DNA of 48,206 nt, taken from positions 18,334,606 through 18,382,811 of the forward strand of contig NC_069002.1 in the NCBI RefSeq assembly GCF_001194135.2, read 5' to 3'. Under the pieces are notes generated by a model that was given only the letters and a program-made list of their open reading frames with translations, was not told the DNA's origin and made no database searches. Positions 23,698-35,849 of the stretch are shown piece after piece (the stretch's first letter is position 1; each line of letters starts with the position of its first letter). Origin of the DNA: Octopus bimaculoides. Taxonomy: Eukaryota. The translations under genes and the position numbers were made by a program.

Positions 23698-23962
23698 GTA
23701 GGGAAAAAAATCAGGAATTCGTTTAGGTTTCGAAGTATTCCAGCATTTCCGCTTTACTCTCTCTCCACACAACCTTAGAGCATAACATCAAACTTAGTTT
23801 ATATTGAACTTAGTTGAGTATAAATTATAAGTCTTCAGTTGAGCTATTATTACCAAGAATGCCACAAATAACATTACACAGTACTTCTTCATCAGTATCT
23901 ACCTTATATCAGATCCTCTCGGAACAGACCCAACTATATTTATAACATACCGTCCACATCTT

Positions 23963-24090
23963 TGTGGAGGCAGATGACTTAGTGGTTAGATCAGTGGACA
24001 CGCGGTCGAGGGATCGTGGGTTCGAATATCAGACCGGGAAACCAACCCTTATGAGCCAGGCATGGCTCGAGAAGGAACAAACAGCAACAT
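23963..24090 (+). mobile_element. Internally deleted tRNA-derived SINE (head joined to tail)
   Basis: tRNA head with B box GGTTCGAATA (24019-28) joined at ~24038 to the tail cccttatgagccaggcatggctcgagaaggaacaa, which matches the tail of the 18551-18865 SINE. Confidence 0.8.
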
Positions 24091-24867
24091 CCTCATCTTC
24101 ACTGCCATTAAAACAACCACTATCCCCACTTGGTATCATCATCGTCATCACAACAGTTATCAGAATATTTCAGTGAACAAGCCACCACCACTGCCGTCGC
24201 TTATTCTCACAGCACCGATCACTTTATCATCTTACATAAAATTCTGTCACTACAGACTGACGGCTAATTTTAAAAAAATGCAAACAAAACACTACCATCT
24301 CAACATCACCCTTACATAACGATTACTCCATCAATTCTTATTGTACCGTTACTATTAAATCTATCAACATAATTACACCTTTACACTCACCCCAACCTTA
24401 ACTTCACCACTATCGTTTCCACCACAGCGAATACCACTTCTATCATAACGAACTGCCCGCCATCACCTCGCTAGTTTATCCAGTGATACTACCCTCAAAC
24501 AGGATAATTGTGATCGCCAACGCTTTTGATTATATTCTAAGCTAGAGCTCTTACCGGTTAGTTTTGCTCATAAAATCGTGTATTGCTACTTTACCTCAGG
24601 CATTCTAACTACATGCCCAAAGTGAAAAAAGCCTATGATAGTTGGAGCCAACAATGGCGGAACTGTGACTTCCGCATTGACAAATGCAATGTTTACGGCT
24701 GCTCATTGTGGAAACGTAATACCTTCACTTGCAGCGACACCCTAATTGTTAATTAATATAGTATTATTGTTGGGCAGCTCCAGGTTAACTGTGATTAAAC
24801 ATATGATTAAAGATGTTCTGGCTATGAGCCTCCACATTCTTTGTGTAATCCGTGTGAATTTCAGCTT

Positions 24868-25216
24868 AACAGGCATGCTGAGACCCCTTTCGGTCATGAC
24901 TGACCATGGGATTGCACCTAGAAAGTTACCCTCCCAGGCACAAGTCCGGGCAAGGTTGTTTATAGAAGACCAGCAGTCGCCCATACATACCGGCCTCCCC
25001 TCTCCACGCCACCAATATTATCCAAGGGAAGGGCAAAGGGTGATACAGCTTGGCACCTGTGACGTCGGAACTCATTTCTACAGCTGAGTGAATTGGAGTA
25101 ACGTGAAATAAAGCGTCTTGCTCAAGAACACAACACATAGCCCGGTCCGGTATTCGAACTCACAATCTCACGATCGTAAGCTCGACGCTCTAACAACTGA
25201 GCCATGCGCCTTCACA
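24868..25216 (-). mobile_element. tRNA-derived SINE with a conserved-core-like segment
   Basis: Minus strand TGGCTCAGTTGTTAGAGC...GAGTTCGAATACC, then tgtgttgtgttcttgagcaagacgctttatttcac. Core superfamily (V/Meta/MESC-like) not determinable by eye. Confidence 0.85.
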
Positions 25217-25246
25217 GCAGGCATAGTAATAGATATATAGTAGTAG

Positions 25247-25284
<38 letters not shown>

Positions 25285-25924
25285 GCAGCAGCAGTAGTAG
25301 TAGTAGTAATACGGATGGTTGTGATTATTTAACTTGAAGTAAATCCTTAGGGATCAGACCCTATGATCAACGTCGTTGTATCGGTGACCGTTGAATCTCG
25401 TTACAGCTGCAGAGATCTACATTAGCCAATGTGTACTTTTTCTTATGTTGCTCAATAGGAATTGAACTTTGAGGTAAATCTGGCTGGTATATTTAGCAGC
25501 CGATCGATCACAATGGCTGGTACTATAGTAATGGTGGTAGTGTTTGTTGTGTTTGATGACGTCAGACGGAGTCTAATGATTCTGTTGGTATTTCTGATGT
25601 AAGTAATTGCAGTAATGAAGGTGTGTTTTAATGGATATCGTAGGCGATGGTGGTGGTGGTGGTGGTGGTGGAGGAGGAAGGAGAGTTTGGTTGTCGGTAA
25701 TGTAAATACAATAGCTATGCTTTTGCGTTTTCCCCCTTCTTATACACAAGCCTTTTATCTGGGAGTTATTGACAACTGTCTCCCCCTCACCCACTTTCTC
25801 ATCTGCTTTCCTGCTTCAATATTTATTTAAATATATCTGTTTAAAGACATTTTCATTCATGTGTATGTATGCATATACATAATACGCACACACACACACA
25901 GACATACACACACATATACATACA

Positions 25925-25956
<32 letters not shown>

Positions 25957-26075
25957 CATATATACATACATATACATACATATATATNNNNNNNNNNATG
26001 TGTGTGTCTAGAATATTTTCGAATATATAAAGTGTATGCATCAGCATAGAAATACGTACGTGAATCTCTTTACCT

Positions 26076-26124
<49 letters not shown>

Positions 26125-27059
26125 CACACACACACATATATATGTATATACATATATATATATTCATGTATGTACGTATACATCTATCTATCTGTCTATC
26201 TATTTATACATATATGTATATATATGTATGTGTGTGTGTGTGTTTGTGTATATATATGTGTATGTGTGTGTGCGTCCGTTCGTTTTTATGTTTGGACTGC
26301 GAAAGCTTTGAACAAGTCGCTAAAGAATAATGAGAGATGCTTTACAGTAAATTAATGTAAATTATCTCCATTTTCTTCAGACTTTAAGTACATAAAGAGT
26401 GAGGTAAGCACAAAATATAGACAGTGTTCTCTTTCAGTTACCCACTTATTTAACTCTCTCTCTCTATCGCATCCTCACTTTACCTCGATCTGTCCGTTTG
26501 TCTTAGTCCACACATACATAATATATTTTTATGTATATACCCATTATAGACACTCCCACATTTCCTCTATAGATATCTACAGCAGATATTTTGGTTTTAC
26601 TTCACGCAGTGAATTAGCAGTTTGATTTCAGATTTCGTCTTTCTGACATTGCAATATCCATTCTAATGCATTTTGTGCTTACCTTTTCAGTTCGTGAATC
26701 GTTGTTCTGCTGTCCTTTCAAAGTCCAGTCCTAACCGAATAAGAATCAATGATCTACTTATACACGCATGACATTCTGTAGCTTTTAACATTGCATCTTG
26801 TCACCCTCCTACCTGACACGATTTCCAAGGTCTTTATTTTAGTCTCTTTTTTTCATGATCGACTCCACATTGCCTTCCCAAAGAACTTACCGTCAATCAA
26901 CTTGTAAATGTAAATCTGTTGATAAATTTAAATTACACAACTGGAAACAAGCACTCTACACGAAACGGTTTATCTGTACAGGTTTTCTCAACGATTGTTG
27001 TAATGCCGACAAATTTTTCTGCTTAAGAAAAAAAAAAAAGGATTTTATCCTCTCTCTAT

Positions 27060-28315
27060 ATATAATCTATTATGTAATGAGGGGTTGTAGTGGCGAAGGC
27101 TGGTTAGCGATTCTCTTAAATATGATTTAGAAATACCGATGTTTGCGTTGTATGAGGGAGTCGCACTTACGATGGACCAAATTAGGGTTTAGGGAACATT
27201 TTGAAATTTGAGGTTGTGTATATAAGTTGTTAAGGAAGCAGATAATTTAGAATTTGGATTAAAGATAGAGTTCATGTGTGCACGGTAGCGGCCGATATAG
27301 AACAGTGCCGCCGATATAGAACAGTGCCGCCGATATAGAACAGTGCCGCCGATATAGAACCTTGTTTGGTGGGAGCCTCGACACTCGTAGACTGCATTTT
27401 TACGCAGACAGATACCTCAAAGAGGGCAGAGTTGGGATACCTGACAATTGCAAGTTCTCTCACCTGCTCTGCAGTTGGAGTTTACTGTTGGGGAGATCAA
27501 GTTCCTCTAGTCCGATATTAGTAAAGAATAACTGGAAACATAATCGGTATCAGGATTGGATTGAGAGGGAATATCACTGCTAGGATATGTGGTCACGTGG
27601 GGAGTATTGTGGGAATATTCCTTGAGTCTGTTATTATTTAGTCGAGGTGGGTTGCTGAGAGTTGTATTATTTCCACTAGGTTGGTTAATGTTGGAGCTTA
27701 GTGGGACAAATTCCAAGGTCTGGCGTTGTAGTCTGCATCTGTTAGAGGAGGGGATTATAGATCCCATATTAGGTGTAGTAGAATAGGAGATTTTCACAGA
27801 TTATTTATTAAAGATAGGGTAATATTTATGCTGTAGTGGGAAATTGGTGTTAAGGATTTGGAAGAAAAGTTTGGGTAGAGATTTAACTTGGAGGGAGAAA
27901 GGTGGTGCGAATGTTTAGAGCGTGTGGTTATTGTGGATAGATCTAGATAGGGAGGCTTATAGTTATTATAGGTTCGAGGTAGCCAGTGGGGTTGAAAAAT
28001 GCGATGCGTAAGAATTTTTTAAATTTTTTAGAGTTAATGGACTGATACTGAGTGGAAGAAAGACCTGCTGATTCGGGGTTAGTACTAGGAAAGAGATGAG
28101 CAATTTTTGTTTTAAGCTTGCTATTGGGGATATAGGAGATCTTTTCACGAGAGCTGTTTATCAGGAGAGCTTGATTATATTACGGGTGAAGCCTGTTAAA
28201 AATTTATTAATGAGCAGACCAGTAAGAAATTCTGATAGAAAGGTCTGTGACTATACTATGAAGGGTAAGTTTTGGGTGATTCGATAGGAGGTTGATATAC
28301 TGTAAATATTAACTC
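27060..28315 (-). mobile_element. Penelope-like element (Naiad-like): RT thumb, long linker, GIY-YIG endonuclease
   Basis: YINLLSNHP, IFNRLHP*YNQAL, FAPPFSLQVK, HKYYPIFNK*SVKISYSTTPNMGSII, TCNCQVSQLCPL*GICLRKNAVY, FYIGGT and RYRAHMNS...LTTYIHNLK...WSIV. Confidence 0.85.
27291..27360. repeat. Perfect 19-bp tandem repeat GCCGATATAGAACAGTGCC, 3.7 copies
   Basis: Units at 27291, 27310, 27329 and 27348 (partial). On the minus strand the unit encodes the FYIGGT motif. Confidence 0.97.
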
Positions 28316-28318
28316 GGT

Positions 28319-28319
28319 T

Positions 28320-28371
<52 letters not shown>

Positions 28372-28393
28372 GCTGCTGCTGCTACTACTACTA
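28319..28393. repeat. (CTA)n/(CTG)n microsatellite at the PLE truncation point
   Basis: Direct reading of the sequence. Confidence 0.95.
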
Positions 28394-29503
28394 TACACAA
28401 ACACGCACACATACACACGTACAAATAAAAGTGCCTTGATGATGGTCAATAAGTCATTCCAAAGATATAATTCTAAAATTTAAACCTCACCAATCCATTT
28501 ATATCATTTCAAATTTTAGGTGAACGCGTGACCTGATGTCAGTTCAAATACATTGAACTTGCCATGACTGTTCCTTCTCTTTTCTCTGCAAGTCCGAAAG
28601 CTTAGTGTTTTTCAGTTAGCTCCCACAGTTACCACTACTCACTTACAGATGGTTCCACATTCTTATATATACTAATTTTGTCTGCACAGAGCAACATATA
28701 TAACTGCCGCAGAGCAGCTATATTTTGTTGCGTATTAATCAGCAAAAGGTTTATTCCATTCAGCACTTTACTTGGTCAGAATCCTTTTTCTATTCTCTGT
28801 TTATACTTTAGGAACGTATTTAAACTAATGTTGATATGATCGATAAATTTCTTAAAGCGATAACCTGTTATGAAATAACTTAGAACCTCAGTCATAAAGA
28901 AGGGAATACGAGGCAATATAATGCTTCCTACGTTATATATTATTTCATACAACACGCCGTCCTGTTGAGCTAAAAGACGATGTTTTGCATGAAATATTAG
29001 ATTATCAAATGAAAATTTAAAGCCAAGAGAATTGATGCGTCATAGTTGGAATAGGGGTAAGGAATTGAAAACTAAACTAGAGGATTGTTCGAAAACAAAC
29101 ACAAATATCAAGCTGGCTTCATATGTTACGTTTCCATTTTGTATAAAAGTGCCCAATATTGTGACAGAAGGGATTGCAAAGGTTACGAAAGCGCTTATAT
29201 TTGATTCTGTCCGTTGCGTGCTGGTGAGAAAACCGCTTTAAATTTGATATCGATAACAACTTGCAGCTTCCCAGTAAAAAAAAAAGAGAATTCATGAGAT
29301 GTTTGTGACACATTGAGGTGAAAGCGCCGATGCTGCATACGTTTTACTATGAAAATACATTGCACAAAGAGATTTGTTCGGCCTTGCCACTGTAAGCTAT
29401 AACAAGTGAAATTCTCCAAATTTTGCGAACGTTGTTTTCATGCATAATAGTGTGTTTGTTTGTTTGTTTGTTTGTGCGTGTGTGTGTGTGTGTGTGTGTG
29501 TGC

Positions 29504-29540
<37 letters not shown>

Positions 29541-29593
29541 TGTGTTTGTGTGNNNNNNNNNNNNNNNNNNNNNNNNNNNNNNNNNNNNNNNNN

Positions 29594-29636
<43 letters not shown>

Positions 29637-29659
29637 CAACATGCAGAGAAGGTACTACT

Positions 29660-30120
29660 AACATGTCAGAAAAACACAATGGTTTTGCACAAGAATTAAA
29701 CAATTGCATACAAGTGATGTTTTTTTACAAACATATTACATTATTCAATGAGAGTTTTTAACATCAAAAGAAATTGGCCATAATTTATCTATCGTTCTAA
29801 AAGCTATTATCGTGATCTAGAATGTCATTAAAACCACTGCAACCAATGTAGATTATTTTATGAATTATGCAATGCAACACGATCTGTTAACAAAAATGTC
29901 TTATTTTGCTTGAAAGTTAGATGGCTGTCATGCAGAAAGCTTCGACGTATACTGGAGATTCATTGAAAAAGACAAAAAGAAAAAAATAGTTCAGGTTAGT
30001 GAATTTTCTGAAGAGGTTTGTGTCAAATTTTCTCAGTAAATTCATGGACTATGACCATACTTTCATCTTGTTCCTCCAAGATTAGCATTCAAATCTGATT
30101 CTGAAAAATTAAAATTGTCC
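29660..30120 (+). mobile_element. hAT (Buster/Charlie-type) transposase fragment
   Basis: YIIQ*EFLTSKEIGHNLSIVLKAII..NVIK / RLFYELCN...NVLFCLKVRWLSCRKLRRI matches HC.IHRE.LASK...L..VL....N.IK...RLF..LC...EVRWLSRGK.L.R. Confidence 0.75.
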
Positions 30121-30890
30121 TACTTGGTGAGAAAATGATAGTAATGGTGGAATACTAGAATATTGAGAAAGGAATTGTTTGATTTCCATCTCTTTAAACG
30201 TTATTTCCGGTTAAGTAGCGGAAGTGATGAAATTTACAATAAGCCTCAACTAAAATATGGAGTCTGGTAGTCTATGTACCTCTAAGAAATAATTGCTTAG
30301 AATAAATACTGGTTCATTTGCTTTCTTCTCGCTTGGTAATATGACCGCCGTGGATTTCAGCTACGCTTAACACATATAGTGCTATTAGACTTGCTTTCTT
30401 CATACAGAACTTAGTATGTCCCTGCATTTTTATTAGCTTCAGTTATTGGTTTGTGACCAAGCTGAAATGAGGACTAACGATGATCATATCGACAGTAGTA
30501 ATTCTTTCATTCTGGTTTTTATTGCAAAAAAGAGAAAAGAGATTAAACGGCCATCACGTGCAAGCAGGTATGGCCTGGTAACTTGTACCACACACTTGAG
30601 ATGTCTACGCCGTCGCGAGCAGATATAGATACTCTCTCGGCTTCCCCACACTTGTCCCCACGGAACGACGATGTGACAGCTGAACGGAGCGAGGGGAGGA
30701 ATCAGCAGTAAAAATTGACCCCGTGACTTTGGGTCAGTGATGGTTGTAATGTAAGGATAAATGATACACACTAGCCTCCTGGCGCACTTCAAAGCATTAT
30801 GATGGTTCTAGCAAGGAGCTTGCCGAGGTTCCTACATATCTTGCAAGCTAGAAGTGTTGCAAGGAAAAATCTCGGATCGGTTACGGAAGA

Positions 30891-30927
<37 letters not shown>

Positions 30928-31672
30928 TGTGTGTGTGTGTGTGTATGTGTGTGTGTGTGNNNNNNNNNNNNNNNNNNNNNNNNNNNNNNNNNNNNNNNNN
31001 NNNNNNNNNNNNNNNNNNNNNNNNNNNNNNNNNNNNNNNNNNNNNNNNNNNNNNNNNNNNNNNNNNNNNNNNNNNNNNNNNNNNNNNNNNNNNNNNNNNN
31101 NNNNNNNNNNNNNNNNNNNNNNNNNNNNNNNNNNNNNNNNNNNNNNNNNNNNNNNNNNNNNNNNNNNNNNNNNNNNNNNNNNNNNNNNNNNNNNNNNNNN
31201 NNNNNNNNNNNNNNNNNNNNNNNNNNNNNNNNNNNNNNNNNNNNNNNNNNNNNNNNNNNNNNNNNNNNNNNNNNNNNNNNNNNNNNNNNNNNNNNNNNNN
31301 NNNNNNNNNNNNNNNNNNNNNNNNNNNNNNNNNNNNNNNNNNNNNNNNNNNNNNNNNNNNNNNNNNNNNNNNNNNNNNNNNNNNNNNNNNNNNNNNNNNN
31401 NNNNNNNNNNNNNNNNNNNNNNNNNNNNNNNNNNNNNNNNNNNNNNNNNNNNNNNNNNNNNNNNNNNNNNNNNNNNNNNNNNNNNNNNNNNNNNNNNNNN
31501 NNNNNNNNNNNNNNNNNNNNNNNNNNNNNNNNNNNNNNNNNNNNNNNNNNNNNNNNNNNNNNNNNNNNNNNNNNNNNNNNNNNNNNNNNNNNNNNNNNNC
31601 CCCCCTTCTTCCCCCTTCTTCCCCTCCCCTTCTTCCCCTCCTCCCTTCTTCCCCCCCCACCACGTTTTATCC

Positions 31673-31718
31673 TCTTCGTTCTACAGTGCGGCTATAAAGT
31701 CGCACTGTAGAACGAAGA
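31673..31718. other. Inverted repeat/hairpin (21-bp stem with one G-T, 4-nt loop)
   Basis: TCTTCGTTCTACAGTGCGGCT-ATAA-AGTCGCACTGTAGAACGAAGA. Confidence 0.92.
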
Positions 31719-32845
31719 AGATTAAACGTCAGATAAAAAGTAAAATGATAAATAACATAAATAATATAATATATATTATATAATACATTGTCATCGAAAA
31801 AAAGAAAGGGTAATACAAGGAACAGAAAATTCGTACATGTTAAAATTAAAAATACAAGTGTAAAATTGAAGTTCGACACAGGTAGTGACACAGGTAGTGA
31901 AACGAAAAAACAGAAAGATGTCGGTTAGCCGAATTTAATTAAATCTAAAAAGGTAGCACATAGTGTTACAGGAAAAAATTATATTTTTTCGGTGAATTTG
32001 AATGCAATGTAACTTTCCGAGGTCAAATGAAAAAGGCTAAGATATATGTGTTAAAACATTCGCTTAATTTATTTGGCACAGAGTAGATACAACTGTTTAA
32101 ATTATGAAATAAGTGTTTTGTGTAGAGATATAATTGCCTCAGTCGAAAGTTCAAATGCGGCTGAGCGAATGAAACAAAAAGTTGCAGTAAAACAAAGTGG
32201 AACACGGATATTTAAATAAAAACGCAATGCACTGTTCGCGAAAAAATTTCCAAAGATAAAAGGTGAACCTTGGAAAAAAAGCAGATGTTCCGTGGTCGAG
32301 ACTACACATCGAGGTAGCGGGTTCTTTAAATGGTTCTTACTACTTAGTAGTAGTTGATAGTTTTTCAAAATGGACTGAAATTGTTAAGTGTTAAAGACCA
32401 ACCTTCTCGACGTGATAAATTTTTGCACGAATCGTTTGCAAGATTTGGCATTTCAGACGCGATAGTGTCTGAGAATGCAACGCAATTTGTGTCTAGCGAA
32501 TAAAAAAAAAAGTGAAGTGTTCGCGGCAGAACATATAACTACGGTGCCATACCATCCCAGATCTAATGGACAGGCAGAATGCTTTGTTGATACCTTCAAA
32601 AGAGCTTTAAGAAAAGCAAATAAGGAAAGCACAGATGAAGTAGCTCTTTATTCTTTACTCTTTTACTCTTTTACTTGTCTCAGTCATGTTGGAGCACCGC
32701 CTTTAGTCGAGCAAATCGACTTATTCTTTGTAAGCCTAGCACTTATTCTATCGGTTCTTTTGCCGAACCACTAGATTACTGGGACGTAAACACACCGGCA
32801 TCGGTTGTTAAGCGATTTTGGGGGGACAAACACAGACACACAAAT

Positions 32846-32890
<45 letters not shown>

Positions 32891-33592
32891 CGACGGGCGT
32901 CTTTCAGTTTCCGTCTACCAAAACCACTCACAAGGCTTTGGTCGGCCCGAGGCTATAGTAGAAGACACTTGCCAAGGTGCCACGCAGTGGGACTGAACCC
33001 GGAACCATGTGGTTCGTAAGAAGTCTACTTACCTTCAAATCGGAATACACCAACAAGTGACTCACAAGCGGAGCTGATGTTTGAAAGGACAGTAAAGTCA
33101 GTTTTTGATAAATTTCTACCTGGCAAGAAATAAAAAGTGCCAGGGAAGACATAGCAAGGTATTTAAGGTTGGTGATAAGGTGTATTTGAGGACATAGCGA
33201 TAAAGGGATCCGTGGAAAGCGAACCAAGGAATGTTGGAGAAATCCAGGGAATGGTTGTACGATACGTTTCAAGTACCAACGGCACTGCAGGTGATTGAAC
33301 CCAGGCGTACAAGTGAAAGGAAAAGAAAACATACATAGTTCCTGAAAATAGATGCCAAGAGAATAAATATTAAACTGTTCGGAAAAAATTAAAAAATGGA
33401 GGTTTCTTAAGAAAAACTTAAAAGGGGAGATGTTGTAGGGAATTAGTAATAATGGTACACCCCTTCCACGTGACGAGTGGAAAGGTGACGTCGGCCAATA
33501 TCAAGAGTACGTAGAGTAGTCTCAATTAGTAATAAAATGGTCGTTAACCTAATGTTATTGCGAACCAAGAAATTACAATAAACTTTATACCA
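31698..33592 (+). mobile_element. Gypsy LTR retrotransposon remnant: protease, RT/RNase H deleted, integrase (SINE-interrupted), PPT, putative 3' LTR
   Basis: Protease VKLKFDTGS(DTGS) at ~31860. Integrase PWSRLHI, YYLVVVDSFSKW, FARFGI.D.IVSEN and PYHPRSNGQAECFVDTFKRAL, then AELMFERTVKSVFDK and FKVGDKVY after the SINE. AAAAGGGGAGA is followed by TGTTG at 33431, with AATAAA at 33577. The LTR end is uncertain. Confidence 0.85.
32645..33033 (-). mobile_element. Composite SINE (tRNA head, internal (TG)n, (AAAGAGTA)n tail) inserted in the Gypsy integrase
   Basis: Aligns by eye along its length with 46526-46954; B-box-like GGGTTCAGTCCC on the minus strand. Confidence 0.88.
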
Positions 33593-34027
33593 CCAGAGTA
33601 ATTTAAATTAATAGGAAAAGTCATCCATTATGTAAATGTGTAGCCATAGTTAGTAAAATGGAAAAAAAGATAAAAGAAATCTCAGGTAGATAATTAAATT
33701 TAATCTAATAAAACGAAATCACTATGCAACGGGGAGTTTTGGGGATGTTCAGTTATATGATAACAGTACAGAACATGCTTCCGCCTTATTGCTCTAATGA
33801 TATTGTAAAAACAAAAGAAAGTATTCTTATGAAAACTTTTGGCATTAACTCGGAGACTGTGTTCATGATTAAACGCCGACTGGTGTTGAGACTCATTATC
33901 AGATAATTAGACTGGGTCCACGTTAAATTAAGCGTCTCATACAAATAGAAAACGCGTCAGCCGAGAGAATCAAGCATACATGAAAATCAGAAGCCGAACA
34001 AGGTAACCTCTGGGTTGCGTTCCTTCA

Positions 34028-34065
<38 letters not shown>

Positions 34066-34689
34066 ATAATACTGAAAACAGCTATATTCTGGTTTAACTT
34101 TTGTTGGATATTTTCGTAAGAGCTTCCATCACTCAGTTAAGAAGAACAAAGAAGGTTTCTCGACTTCACGATGCGAATTCGCATTCAGTCTCTACAACTG
34201 CATCTTGTACGGCCGAGGAATTGAATATATCTACTTTTTAACCGTCGACTACGGTTTTACTCTTGATTTTGTGTTTCTTTATCAACAGGGACGCAAATTT
34301 AAAACGTCGTACGTAGAAAGAAAATAAATTCATTTTGACATTGAATCATTGAGAAAGAATTCAAATCTCTCCAATTTTGTAGTGTTAAGTGTCATTTCAA
34401 ACCTTCCTATTTATATTACATTGATTTTCATGTTGCCCACGGCAATAAATGAACATTTAGTGTTTGACACTAGGTTGGTAAGAAATTAGATAAAATTATT
34501 CCGATGCTAACTATGTGTTGTTTTGTAACGATTGATGTCATTGTTGATGGATAATGGATAGTTGATGGTTAGATAATGAATTGTACAGATGTGATGGAAG
34601 TAGTGATCATGGTGGGCATAGTTAATGTGAAGATCGTGGGATTGTAGTGTGATGTGTGGTGCATGGTTGGGTGTGAAAAATCCTTCATC

Positions 34690-34754
34690 ATTATCAATTG
34701 AACATTATCACTTGAACATTATCACTTGAACTCGTTCATCATTATCACTTGAAC
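34690..34754. repeat. 14-bp unit ATTATCACTTGAAC, four copies (three tandem, one after a 9-bp spacer)
   Basis: Units at 34690, 34704, 34718 and 34741. Confidence 0.9.
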
Positions 34755-35849
34755 AATTTTCATTATTTTATTATATTTCCGATTAATTTTATATGCTGAC
34801 AGTATTAGAGTGTTTCGTATGTATATATGTGCGAAAGGCCTGGTCAGAGGCCCAGCCTTCCGATTACTTTCAGAGGGCTTTAAAAAAAACCTGAAGGACC
34901 GATGCAATAAGTGTGTGAATCTGAGAAAGGAGTATGTTGAATAAAATCAAACTTAAATGACCCTCTTTTACCCCAAGCCAGGAACTGTTCTGCACCCCTC
35001 TTATAATTATGTACTTGAATATATNNNNNNNNNNATGGAGAGAAAGAGAGAGAGGTTATTATGTGGATAAGCAAATTGAATATAAGAGCTTGGGTTTGAT
35101 ATAAAATATGTATATGAGTGTAAATGCAAACAGAAAGAAAGCAAAAACAGACTTTCAGTGGATTAATATTTTAATGTAAATATATCGATATTTATATTAA
35201 TAGATCAAGATTACAAAGAGTACAAACGACAGAGAAAATAAAAAGCAAAAAGGTAAGGTGTTATAAGACCAACAGATGTTTCTGGGGTCTCGGAGATTCA
35301 CCATAATCTTGGTAGATTTAGTTCACCAGAATATGCAGGCCGTAATGGAAGCAAATAATCATTGGATCAGCATTATGATCTGAAATGTTAGAATATAGAT
35401 TTTCTATCCTGATGACAGAAACTCAATTTATCTATTAATATAAGCATCTATATATTTATACTTAAATATTCCTCAATTGAAAGCTTTCAGACTTTGCATT
35501 CTTTCTTGACTTTTTTCCATATATATACATAGTTTATAGGTTAAAGACATGTGTTCTCTAAATATAATAAACTTCCAAGTGCTCAAGAGATATGAACTAG
35601 AGTGCATAGATGAGTAAATCTAATGACAAGCAAGTTAGGTAAGTCGATTTACATAGAATAGTAAATGCATTTAATAGTAAAAAAAAAAAAATAATAATAA
35701 TAATAATTTGCATATGCATGTATATAAAATAGTTCGATTTACAGAATATAAAAGATATCAGGAGTTAAATGGGTAGAGTTTTGCGAGTCCAATAGCTGTT
35801 TGTGGAGGCTTGGTGGTTCAGAATATTGATTGTTACTTGGATCCATTAT

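Noticed and set aside
26890-27024. Strong minus-strand acceptor and GTAAGT donor pair
   Set aside because: All three frames between them contain stops.
4586-27420. In-frame TGA codons in Naiad-like PLEs as selenocysteine (some Naiads are reported to encode selenoproteins)
   Set aside because: The TGAs fall at Arg/Gly-type positions (Y*DD*L, NC*DR, CPL*G), consistent with CGA>TGA decay. The copies also have TAA/TAG stops and frameshifts, and no SECIS was identified.
34171-34184. Perfect 14-bp palindromes (also 15845-15858)
   Set aside because: A few are expected by chance in 48 kb.
33949-34327. Putative two terminal plus-strand exons, and an overlapping frame with CEFAFSLYNC resembling an odorant-binding-protein helix
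   Set aside because: Weak first acceptor, very short peptides, and a single motif without the rest of the Cys pattern.
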